From the NCBI RefSeq assembly GCF_963921235.1, contig NC_086115.1, positions 52,452,001 through 52,516,000 on the forward strand: 64,000 bases of DNA, written 5' to 3'. Positions 39,350-52,481 of this stretch are shown in pieces. Under the pieces are notes generated by a model. The model saw nothing but the letters and a program-made list of their open reading frames with translations. It was not told the DNA's origin and made no database searches. The position numbers were made by a program, and so were the translations under genes. This DNA comes from Mobula hypostoma. Taxonomy: Eukaryota. Each line of letters starts with the position of its first letter. Position 1 is the stretch's first letter.

Positions 39350-40260
39350 ACATAACAAAAATAGGAGCAAGGAAAGGCCATTTCTCTCTTCAACCCTGTT
39401 AGTAGTTTGTGGCTGTCCTTTGACCTGGATTCCATTTTCCAACACGATCCCCATATACTCAGTTCTCTTAATATCTATAAATCTATTGATCTTTGTTGTG
39501 AATGATGTCAATGATTAAGCTTTCAGAGAATTCAGAAGATTCACCACTCCCTGCGTGAAGTTATTTCTCATTTTAATTCTACCTTCTATTTTAAAAGCAC
39601 GATTCCTGATTCTGAACTCCTTAGCCAAGAGAATCATTCTCCCAGCATTAGCTCCATCAAACTCTGATGAAATTTGTTAGTCTGAATGAGTTGTTCTTTT
39701 CATTCTTCTAAATTATATTAAATACAGTCCTAGTCTACTTGATCTATCCTCGTCAGCAAATCTAGCAACCCTTGAACCAGTACAGTAAATTTTGCTGCTC
39801 CTCTATTGTAAAGCTATCTTACAATATGTATAGATACCAAAATTGTACACAGTACTCCAAGATGGCATCTTTAGTCCTGTATTTAAATCCTTTCATAGTA
39901 AAAGCCAACATACTAACTGCCTGTCTGTGTACAAGTTTTCAGTGACTTGTGTACGTGAACACCCTTGGAACATTACCTCAACTGTCACAATTTAATAATA
40001 CTGTTTTTCTGTTTTGTGCGTCAAAGCTTGTAACTTCACATTTTCAATATGACATTGCATTTTCCATGTTCTTGAACACTCATTCAATTTATGGTTTCTA
40101 TAAATCCTCTTTTAACCCCCCTGCTTATAGTTCCCCATAGTTGTGGCAGACTTGACAATATCGCATTTGTGATCCCCTTGGCCTAATTGTGTTTATAGAT
40201 AGTGAATAACTGGGGCGCAAGAATCAGAGATTCTCAATCTTTGCTCTCAGTCCAATCACC
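39350..40260 (-). mobile_element. old CR1 fragment
   Basis: Degenerate colinear similarity to 48294-49110. Confidence 0.7.
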
Positions 40261-41059
40261 AATTTTGAATCCAGGTTAGTACATACCATCTTCATGAGCT
40301 CTCTAGAAGAATTACCTTGATGAGTTTAGTTGGAGCAAATCTGGATTATACAATGGCCGAGGGTGAATAAGAAAGATGATAGTAGCCCACAGTAAGAATA
40401 CTTCAAGTACTTGAAAAGTCACTGAACTGGTTCATCCAAAGTCAGACAAATGAATCAAAAGTAATGATGGATGTGGAGTTGATAAATGGTAGAGAGATAT
40501 TCTACATGCTGTTAACTTGAGTGTAATTTGGCCCTGTGTCAAGAGAAGATGAAGCACTGAACACAAACAGTGTTCTAGAGATGGCTGTTATAGTTGCTTC
40601 ATGACAAGAAAATGTTAATGATTTTTTAAATTTATATTTATTTGAAATTTCATGATCCGAGAGTTTTAAATTTATCTCTGCAGGTATGTACTTCTGGAGA
40701 ACTAAACCCAGATTTTCTTTGTTTACTTCTACAGTTGTTCTATACTTTTCTGTAGGTGTGGAGGGAAGCTCCTGACTGAGTTGGGATTGCAGAGTGAATT
40801 TTGTCAAGAGCTCTACATTCTGGAATTTAATAAATTAAATTGTGATTTTAGGCAAATTAGAGATCAATGAAAGGAAATCACAGTCATGTTAAATGAGCTA
40901 AATGGACTATTTTGTTATCTTTCCTGAATTTTAGTTGTAGTCTGTCCACAAATTCACCAGCAACAAGATAGTAGTAATTAACTTGTTTATATCAATAAGA
41001 AGAGGGGTATCACAGAGGTGTGGGTCATGGGTGTTATGCTCATGACAATATGAATGAAT

Positions 41060-41345
41060 ACATCCTAAGATGTACTGGTGATATCCTGGCAGCCCATCTG
41101 GGGTTGATCAGGACATGGCTTCTATTCCAGCAGCATTGGCCCATGGGTCATACCTCTTGACCCAGAGCCATCTGGATGCTCGCTCAGCAGCCTCTGTGAC
41201 AGTCCTAATGGTTCTTTTCTTTGCAGCCCTGGTAATGCCAAGGAGAGAGTTGGTTCTGCAAAGCGAGCAACCAGCAAAACCTCCACACCCCACCTTTACA
41301 GGCTCGGACTGTGCCCTCCACCCTGTCTCTGACACTGCTCTATGA
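41060..41345 (-). mobile_element. RLE-type (HERO-like) non-LTR retrotransposon C-terminal fragment
   Basis: PVKVGCGGFAG..LLGIT..TEAAERASRWLWVKR, typical of the end of restriction-like-endonuclease ORFs. Confidence 0.75.
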
Positions 41346-42014
41346 GCTCCTGGGATTTGGCTCTTATATATTTATAACCATATAACAATTACATCTTTTG
41401 TGTGTGTGTATATATGGTATCTCATATTTTGATTGAAGTGAAAATTATGAACTAAAGTTTAAAGAATGTTTTCTTCAAAGGTTTTGAAGCTATTAAGAAC
41501 TATTGAGGTGGATTAAAAAAACTGTTGAACGGAGAATCTATGGAAAATCGGCACAATCTAGAATGTGGAATTTAATCTCTTGGAACTTGAATTTCTTTTT
41601 TGCAAATGACAATAATATCAAATGTTAAATTTAAAGTCTGAGGTTGATATCTCTTTTTGCTATGGGGAATAAAATCAAAAAAAGTTAAGTTTTTGAACAT
41701 CAGCGGTTTCATTGAAAGGTATGATATGTTTGAAGAACGAGTCAACCTTTATCCCCAAAAACTCAGAAATGCTTTCCCAGACACAAGAAATGAAAATGTC
41801 CAGGATTTATTGCCGGCTAAAAGGATTTACAGTCAACTAAGTGTGATAACTAGTGTGAGCAGTATTTCATTATCCAGATATTTCCTTTTGTATTCTCAAA
41901 CAAAATTACTCCTAAATAAAGAGTTTAGACTTAAGTTTAGTTCATAATTGAGAATTATGTAATTAATTCTTGGGCAGATCTCAAGAAATCACAGTACTGC
42001 ACTACATATTTTAG

Positions 42015-43175
42015 CGCCACAGAACAGAAACGGGTCCTTTGGCCCATCTGGTCCATGCCAAACTATTAATCTGACTGGTCCTAATGACCCTACACCCGGA
42101 TCATAGTCTTCCATACCCATCCCATCCATGTACCTATCCAAAATTCTCTTAAACGTTGAAATCAAACTTGCATCCACCACTTCTGCTGGTAGCTCGTTCC
42201 ACACTCACACCACGTCTGACTGAAGAAGTTCCCCTCGTGTTCCCCTTAAACATTTTACTTTTCACTTTTAACCCATGGCCTCGAGTTCTAGTCTCACCCA
42301 AACTCAGTGGAAAAAGCCTGCTTGCATTTACCCTATCTATACTCCTCATAATTTTGTATACCTCTATCGAATCTCCTCTCGTTCTCCTATGCTCTAGGGA
42401 ATAAAGCCCCAACCTTTTTGTCTTTTCCTTATAAATCAGGTTCCCAAGTATGGTGGCAACCTTGTAGATTTTCTCTGCACTCCTTCAATCTTATTGACAT
42501 CTTTCCTGTAGCTAGGTGACCAGAACTGCAACTAGTACTCCAAATTAGGCCTCACCAACATCTTGTACAACTTCAACATAACATCTCAACTCCTGTACTC
42601 AATATTTTTGATTTATGAAGGCCAATGTGCCAAAAGCTGTATTTACGACCCTACCTACCTGTGATGCTACTTTCAAGGAATGATGGACCTGTATTCCCAG
42701 ATCCCCTGTTCTACCGCACTCCTCGATGCCTTACTGCTCACTGTGTAAGTCCTACATTGGTTCGTCCACCCAAAGTGCAACAGCTCGCGTTTGTCTGCAT
42801 TAAATTCTACCTGCCAGCTTTCATCCCATTTTTCAGCTGGCCCAATCCCGCTTCGAGTATTGATAGCCTTCCTCGCTGTCCACTATGCCCCCAGTTTTGG
42901 TATCATCCACAAATTTGCTGATCAAGTTTACTATATTGCTGTCTAGATCATTGACCAATCTCTGCAACACGCCATTTGTTGTAGGCCTCCAGTCGGAGAG
43001 GCAACTGTCTACTACCATTCTCTGGCTTCTGCAAAGCCAATATCTAATGTAATTTACTACCTCATCCTGAATGCCAAGCGATTGAACCTTCTTGTCCAAC
43101 CTCCCATGCAGGACCTTGTCAAAGGCCTTTCTGAAGTCTATGTAGACAACATCCACTGCCTTGCCTTATCAACTT
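42015..43175 (-). mobile_element. CR1 LINE fragment
   Basis: DVVYIDFRKAFDKV, ISKFVDDTK, RRTRGDSIEVYKIM, WNELP. Confidence 0.92.
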
Positions 43176-43392
43176 TCCATTACATTTATAAATTTATTGG
43201 ATATCTTTTCTTTAATAATAGCTGCAAAAAGGTAAAACATTTCCTCAAATTATATAATTTATTTTGCGAAACTTTGTGTTTCCAGTGATGCAGTTGTATT
43301 GTCTCGTCTGTTATAGCTGATATAAATGCAACACATCACAAAATTAGTAGTCAACCTAGTTTTTAAGAAGCTTTGGGAAAAATATTTGACCA

Positions 43393-43830
43393 AAGCAACA
43401 CATGTAAAATACTGGAGGAACTCAGCAGGTCATGCAACATCTATGGAAATGAGTAAATAAGTTGATGTTTTGTAGCAAGATCCTTCTTCAGGACTGAGAA
43501 GGAAGGGGGAAGACACTAGAATAAAAAGATGGGTGGAGGGAAAGGAGGCAAGCTGGAAGGGGATGGGTGAAGCCAGGGGTTGGAAAAGGTCAAGGGCTGG
43601 AGAAGAAGGAATCTGATAGAGTGGACCATAGGAGACAGGGAAGGAAGAGGGGACCCGGGGGAGGTGATAGACAGGTGAGGAGAAGAGGTGAGGCCAGTGG
43701 GAAATGGAAGAAGAGGGAATTTTTTTCTGGAAGGAGAAATCAATATTAATGCCATAAGGTTGGAGGCTACCCAGATGGAATATAAGCTGTTGCTCCTCCA
43801 CCCTGAGGGTGGCCTCATATTGGCACAACA
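43393..43830 (-). mobile_element. PLE 3' fragment with decayed hammerhead (43460-43495)
   Basis: EATLRVEEQQLIFHLGSLQPYGINIDFS followed by a pyrimidine-rich tail and the terminus. Confidence 0.85.
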
Positions 43831-44325
43831 CTTGACCTGTTGGGTACTTCCAATAAGTACTTCCAAAATGGTTTTAATAATGGACCCCCGTTCCCAAAAG
43901 CATCATATAGAAGTGTTAATGCATATAAAAGCAGGTAATGTTAATCTGAAGGCAAAAGATTAATCTGGATGTTGGAATTCTGTAATGTGAAAAGAATATA
44001 GTGGAAATGCATGATGTGGGAATTTCCAGTATTTCTTACATTAAGAGAAATGAAGTTCTGGACATTAACAATATATGGTAATTGTAATTTCAGTTCTAGA
44101 AATAAGTCACAGGTGAGAATGGGTCAATTATAGCAGCGTCATATGATCCTTAGAAAAAGAATAAAATCTTAAGAAACTTGCTGTGGATTTAAGCTAATAA
44201 GCAAAGTTTTCTGAATGTATTCTAATCTTAATAATGTGAGTAAACAGCAGTTCACTGTGCAAATCTAAAAGAAAATATGGTAACTTTCCTTTAGGAATTA
44301 AAGGTCTTCAATCAAAATCAGGAAT

Positions 44326-44458
44326 ATGCGAGAAAAGAGAAATGATTCTGTAGATTTCGTCAAGGATTTTCAAGAGTATCTCACTCAACAAACGCAGCAT
44401 GTAAACATGATTTCTGGTTCAGTTTGCAATGAAAAGGAACCGGAATTACTTCAGCCTG
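44326..44458 (+). CDS. IKZF5: IKZF5 (Pegasus) coding exon 1
   Basis: MREKRNDSVDFVKDFQEYLTQQTQHVNMISGSV matches the IKZF5 N-terminus. Acceptor at 44295, donor G|GTAAGA. Confidence 0.96.
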
Positions 44459-44495
44459 GTAAGAAAATGGCTAGTTTACTAATATATAAATGGTA

Positions 44496-44739
44496 CAGGT
44501 CGACCTTCACTAATCCAGCACCACTGGGACCTGAGGAGTGCCGGATTAGTGAAATTGCCGAATTACAGAAGGATCAAGTTAAGCAATAGCTAACCTTCAC
44601 TAATCTGGCACCATTGGGACCTGAGGGGTGCCAGATTAGTGAAAATGCTGAATTACAGAAGGATCACATTAAGCATACTTGGTGCTGGATTATCAAAGGA
44701 ACCGGATTACAGGTAGTTGGATTAGTGAAGGTTGACCTG
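44496..44739. mobile_element. pogo/Tigger-like MITE
   Basis: TA-CAGGTCGACCTTCACTAATCC ... GGATTAGTGAAGGTTGACCTG-TA. Confidence 0.9.
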
Positions 44740-45734
44740 TATTAGTGTTCAAGAGGCTTTAAGCATTATAATGCTAATCCTACCATTTATTTTCAATATA
44801 ACGTTATTGAAAATATCACTCTGAAACATCTCAATTATGCACTTTTGGTCATTTCACATAATTATCATCTCAGTGGTGTTTCTTTTTCATGTACTGTACT
44901 CAAGAGTCCTTAAATCTTTCAGGGGAATGAATCTCCTAAAAGTACATGATGAGGACTATGTGACTTTCAAACCCCATGATGTGGTCAAACTATTGTTACC
45001 TTTTGAAATGGCCTAGTAAAACCATGTAGTTAGGGGATGTTTTGGATGTGTACTAAATACCAGTCTGAGAAGTGACTCCTAAATCCTACAAATGAGTAAA
45101 TTTTAAAAAAAACCCAAAGCAGTCCAAAATGGTGTAAAGTTCCCTCTCGTTATGTGGTGTCTCTCTTTATCCATCTGGTCTCTTCAACAGCTTTTGGTAG
45201 TCATCCCCACCATTCTCCCTCTCTATCTAGCTTGTTTCCAGTTTTGCCTGTCCAATTGTAATTATTTGTATAGTTTTAATTCCCTCATTGAACCATTACC
45301 TCACATCTTTGAAGAGTCTTTTCTTGGCTACTTTGTAGTGCTTGTTCGGAGCATATTCAGAGGCAAAACTTACATACTCTGCCTTTAAGGTCAGAATTTT
45401 GGCAGACTCCATTAGGGATTTAATGAATAATAGGCTGGGTATGACAGTGGGCATGAACACAGTGGGTTGAGGGGGCCTGTTTCTATGCTGTACAACTCTA
45501 TGACCAATAGCAGTTATCACAAAGCTCTTTGTAGGCCTTGTTGTGCTATACAACTCCTGTTTCCTACAGCAGCTTTATTGGCTATTAAGAATGTGGGACC
45601 TTTCAAGAAATGAAAATCCAAGTTTGTACTTTTCTCTATTTTTACGTATTACCTTATCCTGACAATGTCTTTCTTTAAGACTCCACTTATAGTCTAACAT
45701 TTATTCATGCTTTTATATTGCCCTGTGAATTTAT

Positions 45735-46480
45735 CAAAGTGAATTTATTATCCAAGTACTGTACATATATGTACCATGTACAATCCCGAGATACATTTTC
45801 TTTCTGGCATACTCAATAACTCTATAGAGAATCAATGAAAGACCGTACCAACTTTGTGCAAAAGACGACAAACTGTGCAAATACAAAATATATAATAATT
45901 ATAAATAGGCAATAAATATCTAGAACATGAGATGAAGAGTTCTTGATGAGTCTATTGGTTGTGGGAACATTTCAATGATGGGGCAAGTGAGGTTGAGTGA
46001 AGTTGCCTCTTTGGTTCAAGAGCCTGATGGTTGAGGGGTAGTAATGGTTTCAAAACCCGGTGGTGAGAATCCTGTGGCTCCTGTACCACCTTCCTGATGG
46101 CAGTAGTGAGAAGAGAGCATGGCCTGGGTGGTGGCGGACCCTGATGATGGATGCTGCTTTCCTGAGACAGGGTTTCACGTAGATGTGCTCAATGGTGGGG
46201 AGGACTTTACCTATAATTGACCGGGTCACATCCACTACTTTTTGTAAGATATTTCATTCAAAGACATTGGTGTTTCCATACCAGGCTGTGATGCAACCAG
46301 TCAATATACTCTCCACTACACATCTATAGAGGTTTGTGGAAGTTTAAGATGTCACACCAAATCTCTAAGGAAGTAGAGGTGCTGCTAATACTTCCTTTGT
46401 AATTGCACTTACATGTTGGGCCCAGGACAGGATGTCCAAAATAAGAGGAATTTAAAGTTGCTGACCCTCTCCACCTAGAT
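45735..46480 (-). mobile_element. Rex1/Babar 3' fragment
   Basis: IIGKVLPTIEHIY..HPGHALFSLLPSGRWYRS. Confidence 0.85.
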
Positions 46481-46669
46481 TAAGAGAGTTACTGGAGTTA
46501 TGTTTGTTTTATATTTCTGCTCACCATTTTATACTAAGTGAGTTTCAGATTGATTTGTCATGTGCATTATATATCTGTCAAGATTTTGCCAAATCAAAAA
46601 TTAACTTTCTGCAATTAATTCCAGCTTATCTTATTTTTATATATTTTGAATGCATGTATCTCACATGTA

Positions 46670-46971
46670 AAGGCATCCGTTAGTCTTGTGAGACCATGGA
46701 TCTGCGCCTGGAAAGTCTTCACTCTCCAGGGCGCAGGCCTGGGCGAGGTTGTATGGAAGACCAGCAGTAGCCCATGCTGCAAGTCTCCCCTCTCCACGAC
46801 ACCAATGTTGTCCAAGGGAAGGGCATTAGGACCCATACAGCTTGGCACCAGTGTCGTCACAGAGCAATGTGTGATTAAGTGCCTTGCTCGAGGACACAAC
46901 ACGTTCCCTCGGCTGGGGCTCGAACTCACGACCTTCAGGTCGCTAGTCCAATGCCTTAACCACTTGGCCAC
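46670..46971 (-). mobile_element. tRNA-derived SINE, same family as 32968-33273
   Basis: Near-identical sequence; intact A and B boxes. Confidence 0.9.
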
Positions 46972-47828
46972 AACTATCTATCAGGGATTCATGTTCATTG
47001 GGTGAGAACTCGGGGAATGCCAACAATTTCACACTAAGCTGCTCGCATTTACCTTGCTCATTTTTGGGAAGAAGCTCAGGACTTCCACATGAATGCTGTA
47101 GTCCAGAACTTGCTATCTAGGTATTGCTGGTGATGCCAGACAGCATATGTACATTGAACTTTGCACAAAAGCCATTACAGTATAGTGTTGTGAACTTGCT
47201 GCAGTTCTTTAGTTGTTAGCATTGGGTAATCTGCCACAAAACCTGCACCAGTTTAGACTTGACATTAAAACAGGGAATTATTTTTAAGTGATTCAAATTT
47301 TACTTACTTTTTTGAAAATTTTTTGGACATTACTAACATTCGAAAGATTTTAGTCATTAACCACTATTAAAGACTGGGACATGACTTTGCCAAGCAGCAT
47401 TCAGCTAATTCAAGGATGAGGCCTTGATCCAACACACTTGCACAGAACCTTGGCATTTCAGCTTGAATTGCACTGAAACGCACGCCCAGTTGATTTTGGT
47501 GGATCGGCAAAAGACAAGGCTGTAACTTCTGCAAATGTTGGAAGGTCAAGCTATAGTTGAGCAATACGGTGATTAGTGATAACTTTCAAACATCCAAAAC
47601 AAAATTGTCTTTAGTTTTTACAACCTTACATTCTCCATTTACGTTTAGTACACTAGGCTGCTATTTTCTTCCCAACATTCCCATAACCTCCCTTGTGCGC
47701 ATGCCCACAGCAAGAAAAGTGAACATAAATGCTTCCATAGCCCAAATGAACAGAATGCAACAATTAGTTTCTTAAAGTTTGTATTTTTATGTAACAACTT
47801 TATAAATTATTTGTATTTTCATTGGCAG

Positions 47829-48011
47829 CTGGAACAGAAAATCATCAAAATGGAGTCCATCATGCTTCTGTTGAGGTTTCCCTCGATGATGGCTCTGGGA
47901 TGATGGGAGAAGGGCCGGAAAGAACGGCTGATGGAAAATTGAAGTGTCAGTATTGTAACTATGCAAGCAAAGGGATAGCACGACTTATGGAGCACACCAG
48001 AATGCACACGG
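47829..48011 (+). CDS. IKZF5: IKZF5 coding exon 2 (ZF1)
   Basis: AGTENHQNG...DGKLKCQYCNYASKGIARLMEHTRMHT; 183 nt, phase 1-1. Confidence 0.97.
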
Positions 48012-48293
48012 GTAATAGACTGCACAGTAAATTTGTTTATACATGTTAAATGACAACGGCTATTGTAATGTTTGAGCCGATCAGACAAATTCTTGTGAGA
48101 TGGCTAATAAACTATTAGAAGAAAAATATAACTGCAGATGCAAGGAAGCCAAAATGTAAAGTGTTGGTAATACTTGGGTCAGGTTACATCTGTACAGGAA
48201 TAGCTGATGTTTGAGGTCTTTGATTCTTCATGGCATGTGGATTAGCTGAAATATTGAGGATTGTTTAATGGGCATGAAAAAGACCTGCTGTAA

Positions 48294-49110
48294 ATAGAAA
48301 CATAGAAAATAGGTGCAGGAGTAGGCCATTCGGCCCTTCGAGCCTGCACCGCCATTTATTATGATCATGGCTGATCATCCAACTCAGAACCCCACCCCAG
48401 CCTTCCCTCCATACCCCCTGACCCCCGTAGCCACAAGGGCCATATCTAACTCCCTCTTAAATATAGCCAATGAACTGGCCTCAACAGTTTCCTGTGGCAG
48501 AGAATTCCACAGATTCACCACTCTCTGTGTGAAGAAGTTTTTCCTAATCTCGGTCCTAAAAGGCTTCCCCTGTATCCTCAAACTGTGACCCCTCGCTCTG
48601 GACTTCCCCAACATCGGGAACAATCTTCCTGCATCTAGCCTGTCCAATCCCTTTAGGATCTTATATGTTTGAATCAGATCCCCCCTCAATCTTCTAAATT
48701 CCAACGAGTACAAGCCCAATTCATCCAGTCTTTCTTCATATGAAAGTCCCGCCATCCCAGGAATCAATCTGGTGAACCTTCTTTGTACTCCCTCTATGGC
48801 AAGGATGTCTTTCCTCAGATTAGGGGACCAAAACTGCACACAATACTCCAGGTGTGGTCTCACCAAGGCCTTGTACAACTGCAGTAGTACGTCCCTGCTC
48901 CTGTACTCGAATCCTCTCGCTATAAATGCCAGCATACCATTCGCCTTTTTCACCGCCTGCTGTACCTGCATGCCCACTTTCAATGACTGGTGTATAATGA
49001 CACCCAGGTCTTGTTGCACCTCCCCTTTTCCTAATTGGCCACCATTCAGATAATAATCTGTTTTCCTATTTTTGCCACCAAAGTGGATAACTTCACATTT
49101 ATCCACATTA
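48294..49110 (-). mobile_element. young 5'-truncated CR1 LINE (ORF2 C-terminus + 3' UTR)
   Basis: Uninterrupted 240 aa: KCEVIHFG...LYKALVRPHLEYCVQFWSP...RRLRGDLI...FFTQRVVNLWNSLP; TTTCTATG-type tail. Confidence 0.95.
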
Positions 49111-50845
49111 ATTGCCTTTAACTTGGTACCACAAGAATTGGTGCTTGGTCCATGGGTGACTTATTACCTAGCTGAATGCTGGAGGAGGGTTATGCATCCA
49201 GGTTTGCTGCTGATACAAAGCGAGATTGGCACAAGTTATGGGAGGGATACAATATATCAAACAACCGTAGACAGGAATGTGGCTGTTGCAGCAGCATGCG
49301 AAAATATTTCAGCATGTGATAAGTTATTTCAGGTGGTAAATTTAAAACGGCAAAATTGCAAATTTATGTTATTCAGAGGAATCAAAGTATCTTTGTTCTT
49401 GAACCAAAGCCAGTATACAGATAAGAGTTTGTGTTTGGGATAGTAAATGGCATGTTATTTTTTACTATACAAGGAAAGTAGTAAAAGAGGTTGTCTTGTA
49501 TTATATTGGGTTCAGCTCATTTCCTAATCTTGAAAATATTTTTGCCTTGGAAGTAGTGTAACACAAGTTCAGTTAGACTACTTACTGAAGTGATGGAGCA
49601 AACTGGCTTCGCCTTTTCTGGAAATTTAAAAGCAGAGCAATCTTAGTGGAACAATTAAGTCTTAATTGAGAGCAACATCTGGAGCTTTTGATGAATGCTT
49701 GCATTAATGCTGGAATTGAGCATGTTTCACCATTCAAATTCTTGTGTGGGCCTAAGCTTGTGGCAGTATCTCCTGACCTGCTGCCAGCTGCTGCTGCCCC
49801 CTGCTGATTAATTCCTTGGTGTAGTGTGACCTTCCACAAGCCTGACGGATGTGCCAGTTTTTAAAATGCTTGAACATCAAAAACATTCAATAGCATTTAA
49901 TCAGTCCATTTTGACAACTATTGAGCAAGGGTGAAGCTGTCAGTGTTCGGAGATTGTGTGAGATTGCCTTCCCTGAGACAACTCAGTGCTGTGCTCTGCT
50001 ATGCCAACATGCTGGAAGTACACCCACACTCCCAGTAGAACTTCACACTTGGGCGAAGATGAAAGAAACAGTATGGCTCAGGTTAGCAGCTGGCAATCCC
50101 CTCAATAAAAAAAATCTGGCATAGTGATTTTTTTTTAACCAGATAATCTAGAACTAGGTGTCATCATCTTTGAGTGTAGTCAAGAATGAGACAAGACATC
50201 TACTGTCAAAGGGCAGTGAATCTTTGGAACTCTCTCAGAATAGTGGCCATTTGTTGAATATAATATTAGATCTGTTTATTTTCTAATCCTTAGGGTTGTT
50301 CCAGGGATCAGGAATGATGAGCAGTCTTAATTCCAAGATTTCAAGTTATTTTAGAGTAAAACAAACATATAAATACTAAGCAAACTAATCAAAGAGCTGA
50401 GAAAAGATGCTAAGAGGGGAATTAATGCTAAAACAAAAGAATAAAGATGGTGCTTCTAAAAACCTATCACTTCTATAGATAAGATCAGGAAATTCCTTAG
50501 AATTCAACAAGTTAATAGGATGCCAAATTAAAACGTGGTTCAAAGTGCTAATACTTAGCCAATGAAAAAGGTGATAAACCGTTAGTTTAGCTGCCATACC
50601 GCTTTCTGCCAGTGTGAAAAATACATAAGTTTGTTTAAAAAGTACAAATCTTATAAAAAGTATTATTTTTTTAAAAAGTGGTTTCCAACAACGATAAGTT
50701 AAGATTTTTTTTGAATTACAATACGGTGTAGTAAGAATGTGCTGAAACCAAACAGTTGGGCTTATTACAGAGGAGCAGGCTTAAATGTTCAAATGACTGA
50801 GTTTGACTCTTAATTTATAGTGTTCTTTTGTTCTTTCCAATACAG

Positions 50846-51774
50846 GTGAGAAGCCCCACAGATGTCATTTATGCCCATTTGCTTCAGCTTATGAGCGTCA
50901 CCTTGAAGCACACATGCGCTCACATAGAGGTGAAAAACCATACAAATGTGAGCTTTGCTCATTCCGTTGCAGTGATCAAAGTAACCTGTCTCACCATCGT
51001 AGACGTAGACATAAACTTCTCCCGCTAAAAGGACGGAGGACGTCATTAACCAATAAAAGAATGATGGGAATCTTGCAGAAAAAGTCTGGCTACACCCTGA
51101 GTTATGGAAGAAGACCGATGATTAATTTCAGCCCTCCACCAATGCTGGTGCAGAAGACAGATTACCTTGATGAATTTTCTCATAACATATCAGCTGAATC
51201 TTATGAAGGTCTGGGAAAGGCACAGACTAGTGGAATCTCAAGGGACGTACAGGACATGGTTGATAATCCATTAAACCAGCTATCTGCCTTAGCTGGCCAG
51301 CTTTCCAGCCTTGCACATGACGACCAAGCTCCAGTATCTTCAGATGTGGCATCCTGCAGGGATGAAAAACCATATGTGGTACAACATTCTATAGCACCAA
51401 CAGTTACCACCGTGGTTTCTAGTGTGGCACAAAGCTCATCCAATGCTAGTCCTGATAGACATCCAGTGCATAATCAGAGGAACTTAAGTCCTGTAGCAGG
51501 TCCAAGTAGTGAACGCAGTGCTCACATGAGCTCACCTTGCATGACGAACAGCCAACGTAGCACTCCTACTCCTCCAATTCAAGTGCAGGATCCCCAGCTT
51601 TTACATCATTGCCAACACTGTGACATGTATTTTGCAGACAATATCCTTTATACCATTCATATGGGATGCCATGGTTATGAGAACCCATTTCAATGTAACA
51701 TATGTGGATGCAAATGTAAAAACCAATATGACTTTGCTTGTCATTTTGCCAGAGGCCAGCATAAGCAAATTTAA
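50846..51774 (+). CDS. IKZF5: IKZF5 coding exon 3 (ZF2, ZF3, two C-terminal Ikaros-type fingers)
   Basis: GEKPHRCHLCPFASAYERHLEAHMRSH...CELCSFRCSDQSNLSHHRRRRH...HHCQHCDMYFADNILYTIHMGCH...CNICGCKCKNQYDFACHFARGQH; total CDS 1245 nt = 414 aa. Confidence 0.98.
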
Positions 51775-51787
51775 TGTTATTTGTATT

Positions 51788-51793
51788 AATAAA
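51788..51793 (+). terminator. candidate proximal IKZF5 poly(A) signal AATAAA
   Basis: AATAAA 13 nt after the stop codon; usage unverified. Confidence 0.3.
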
Positions 51794-52481
51794 GCATTTA
51801 AATTGATCAGAATTTTTTTTGAAAGAAAGAAGCTTTATCCTGTATAAAACTATTACTCAAATTGGTTTATATTTTAAAATCTAAAAATACATACTAGTGA
51901 AATTTTCTTGCGTTTTCCAAGCCACCAGTGTTTTAATTCCATTGCTTGGTCTATTCTTTCTGTCCTGAGCCAATTTTAAAACTTGAAACTGGAAGCTATC
52001 ACGTGCAGTGGGAAAAATAATATTTGCAAATAGATAAAAAGATAAAAGACTGTGAAAGGAACTTGCATTTCCTCCAACCTATTTTCCCCTAAAGTTGTTG
52101 GCATATGGTGTGGAATGAGTTGAAGGCGCTCATTTAAAACAAGATGGCAATAACAGGGTGGTCCACATTCATGCTGTTCTGAGTATGATTCCGAAGTAAC
52201 ATGCACTGAATCTTTCTAGCAAATGTGCACTATCCAGCTTGTAGTTGCCAAATTGCTGTGTTTCTAATGCTGTTCTGCCTAAATTTAAATTGTAAAGAAT
52301 TTAGAACTGTTTCTTGGGTGTCACTAAAGATGATTACAGTAAATTAATAACATTAAAGTCCTATTTTGGAATCAGTTTATACTTATAAAACATGGAAAAA
52401 TTCAAACCTTGGATCCTATAAAGATAGTCTTCGTGTAATTAAATATTCCTCATTAGGATCTCGTGCTTTCCCAGCGTATAT

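Noticed and set aside
46895-46971. tRNA-like sequence with A and B boxes (also 33200-33270, 34212-34285, 16506-16580)
   Set aside because: These are SINE heads continuing into SINE bodies, with no proper acceptor stem or terminator
48384-49106. 240-aa ORF as a host gene
   Set aside because: It is the CR1 ORF2 C-terminus
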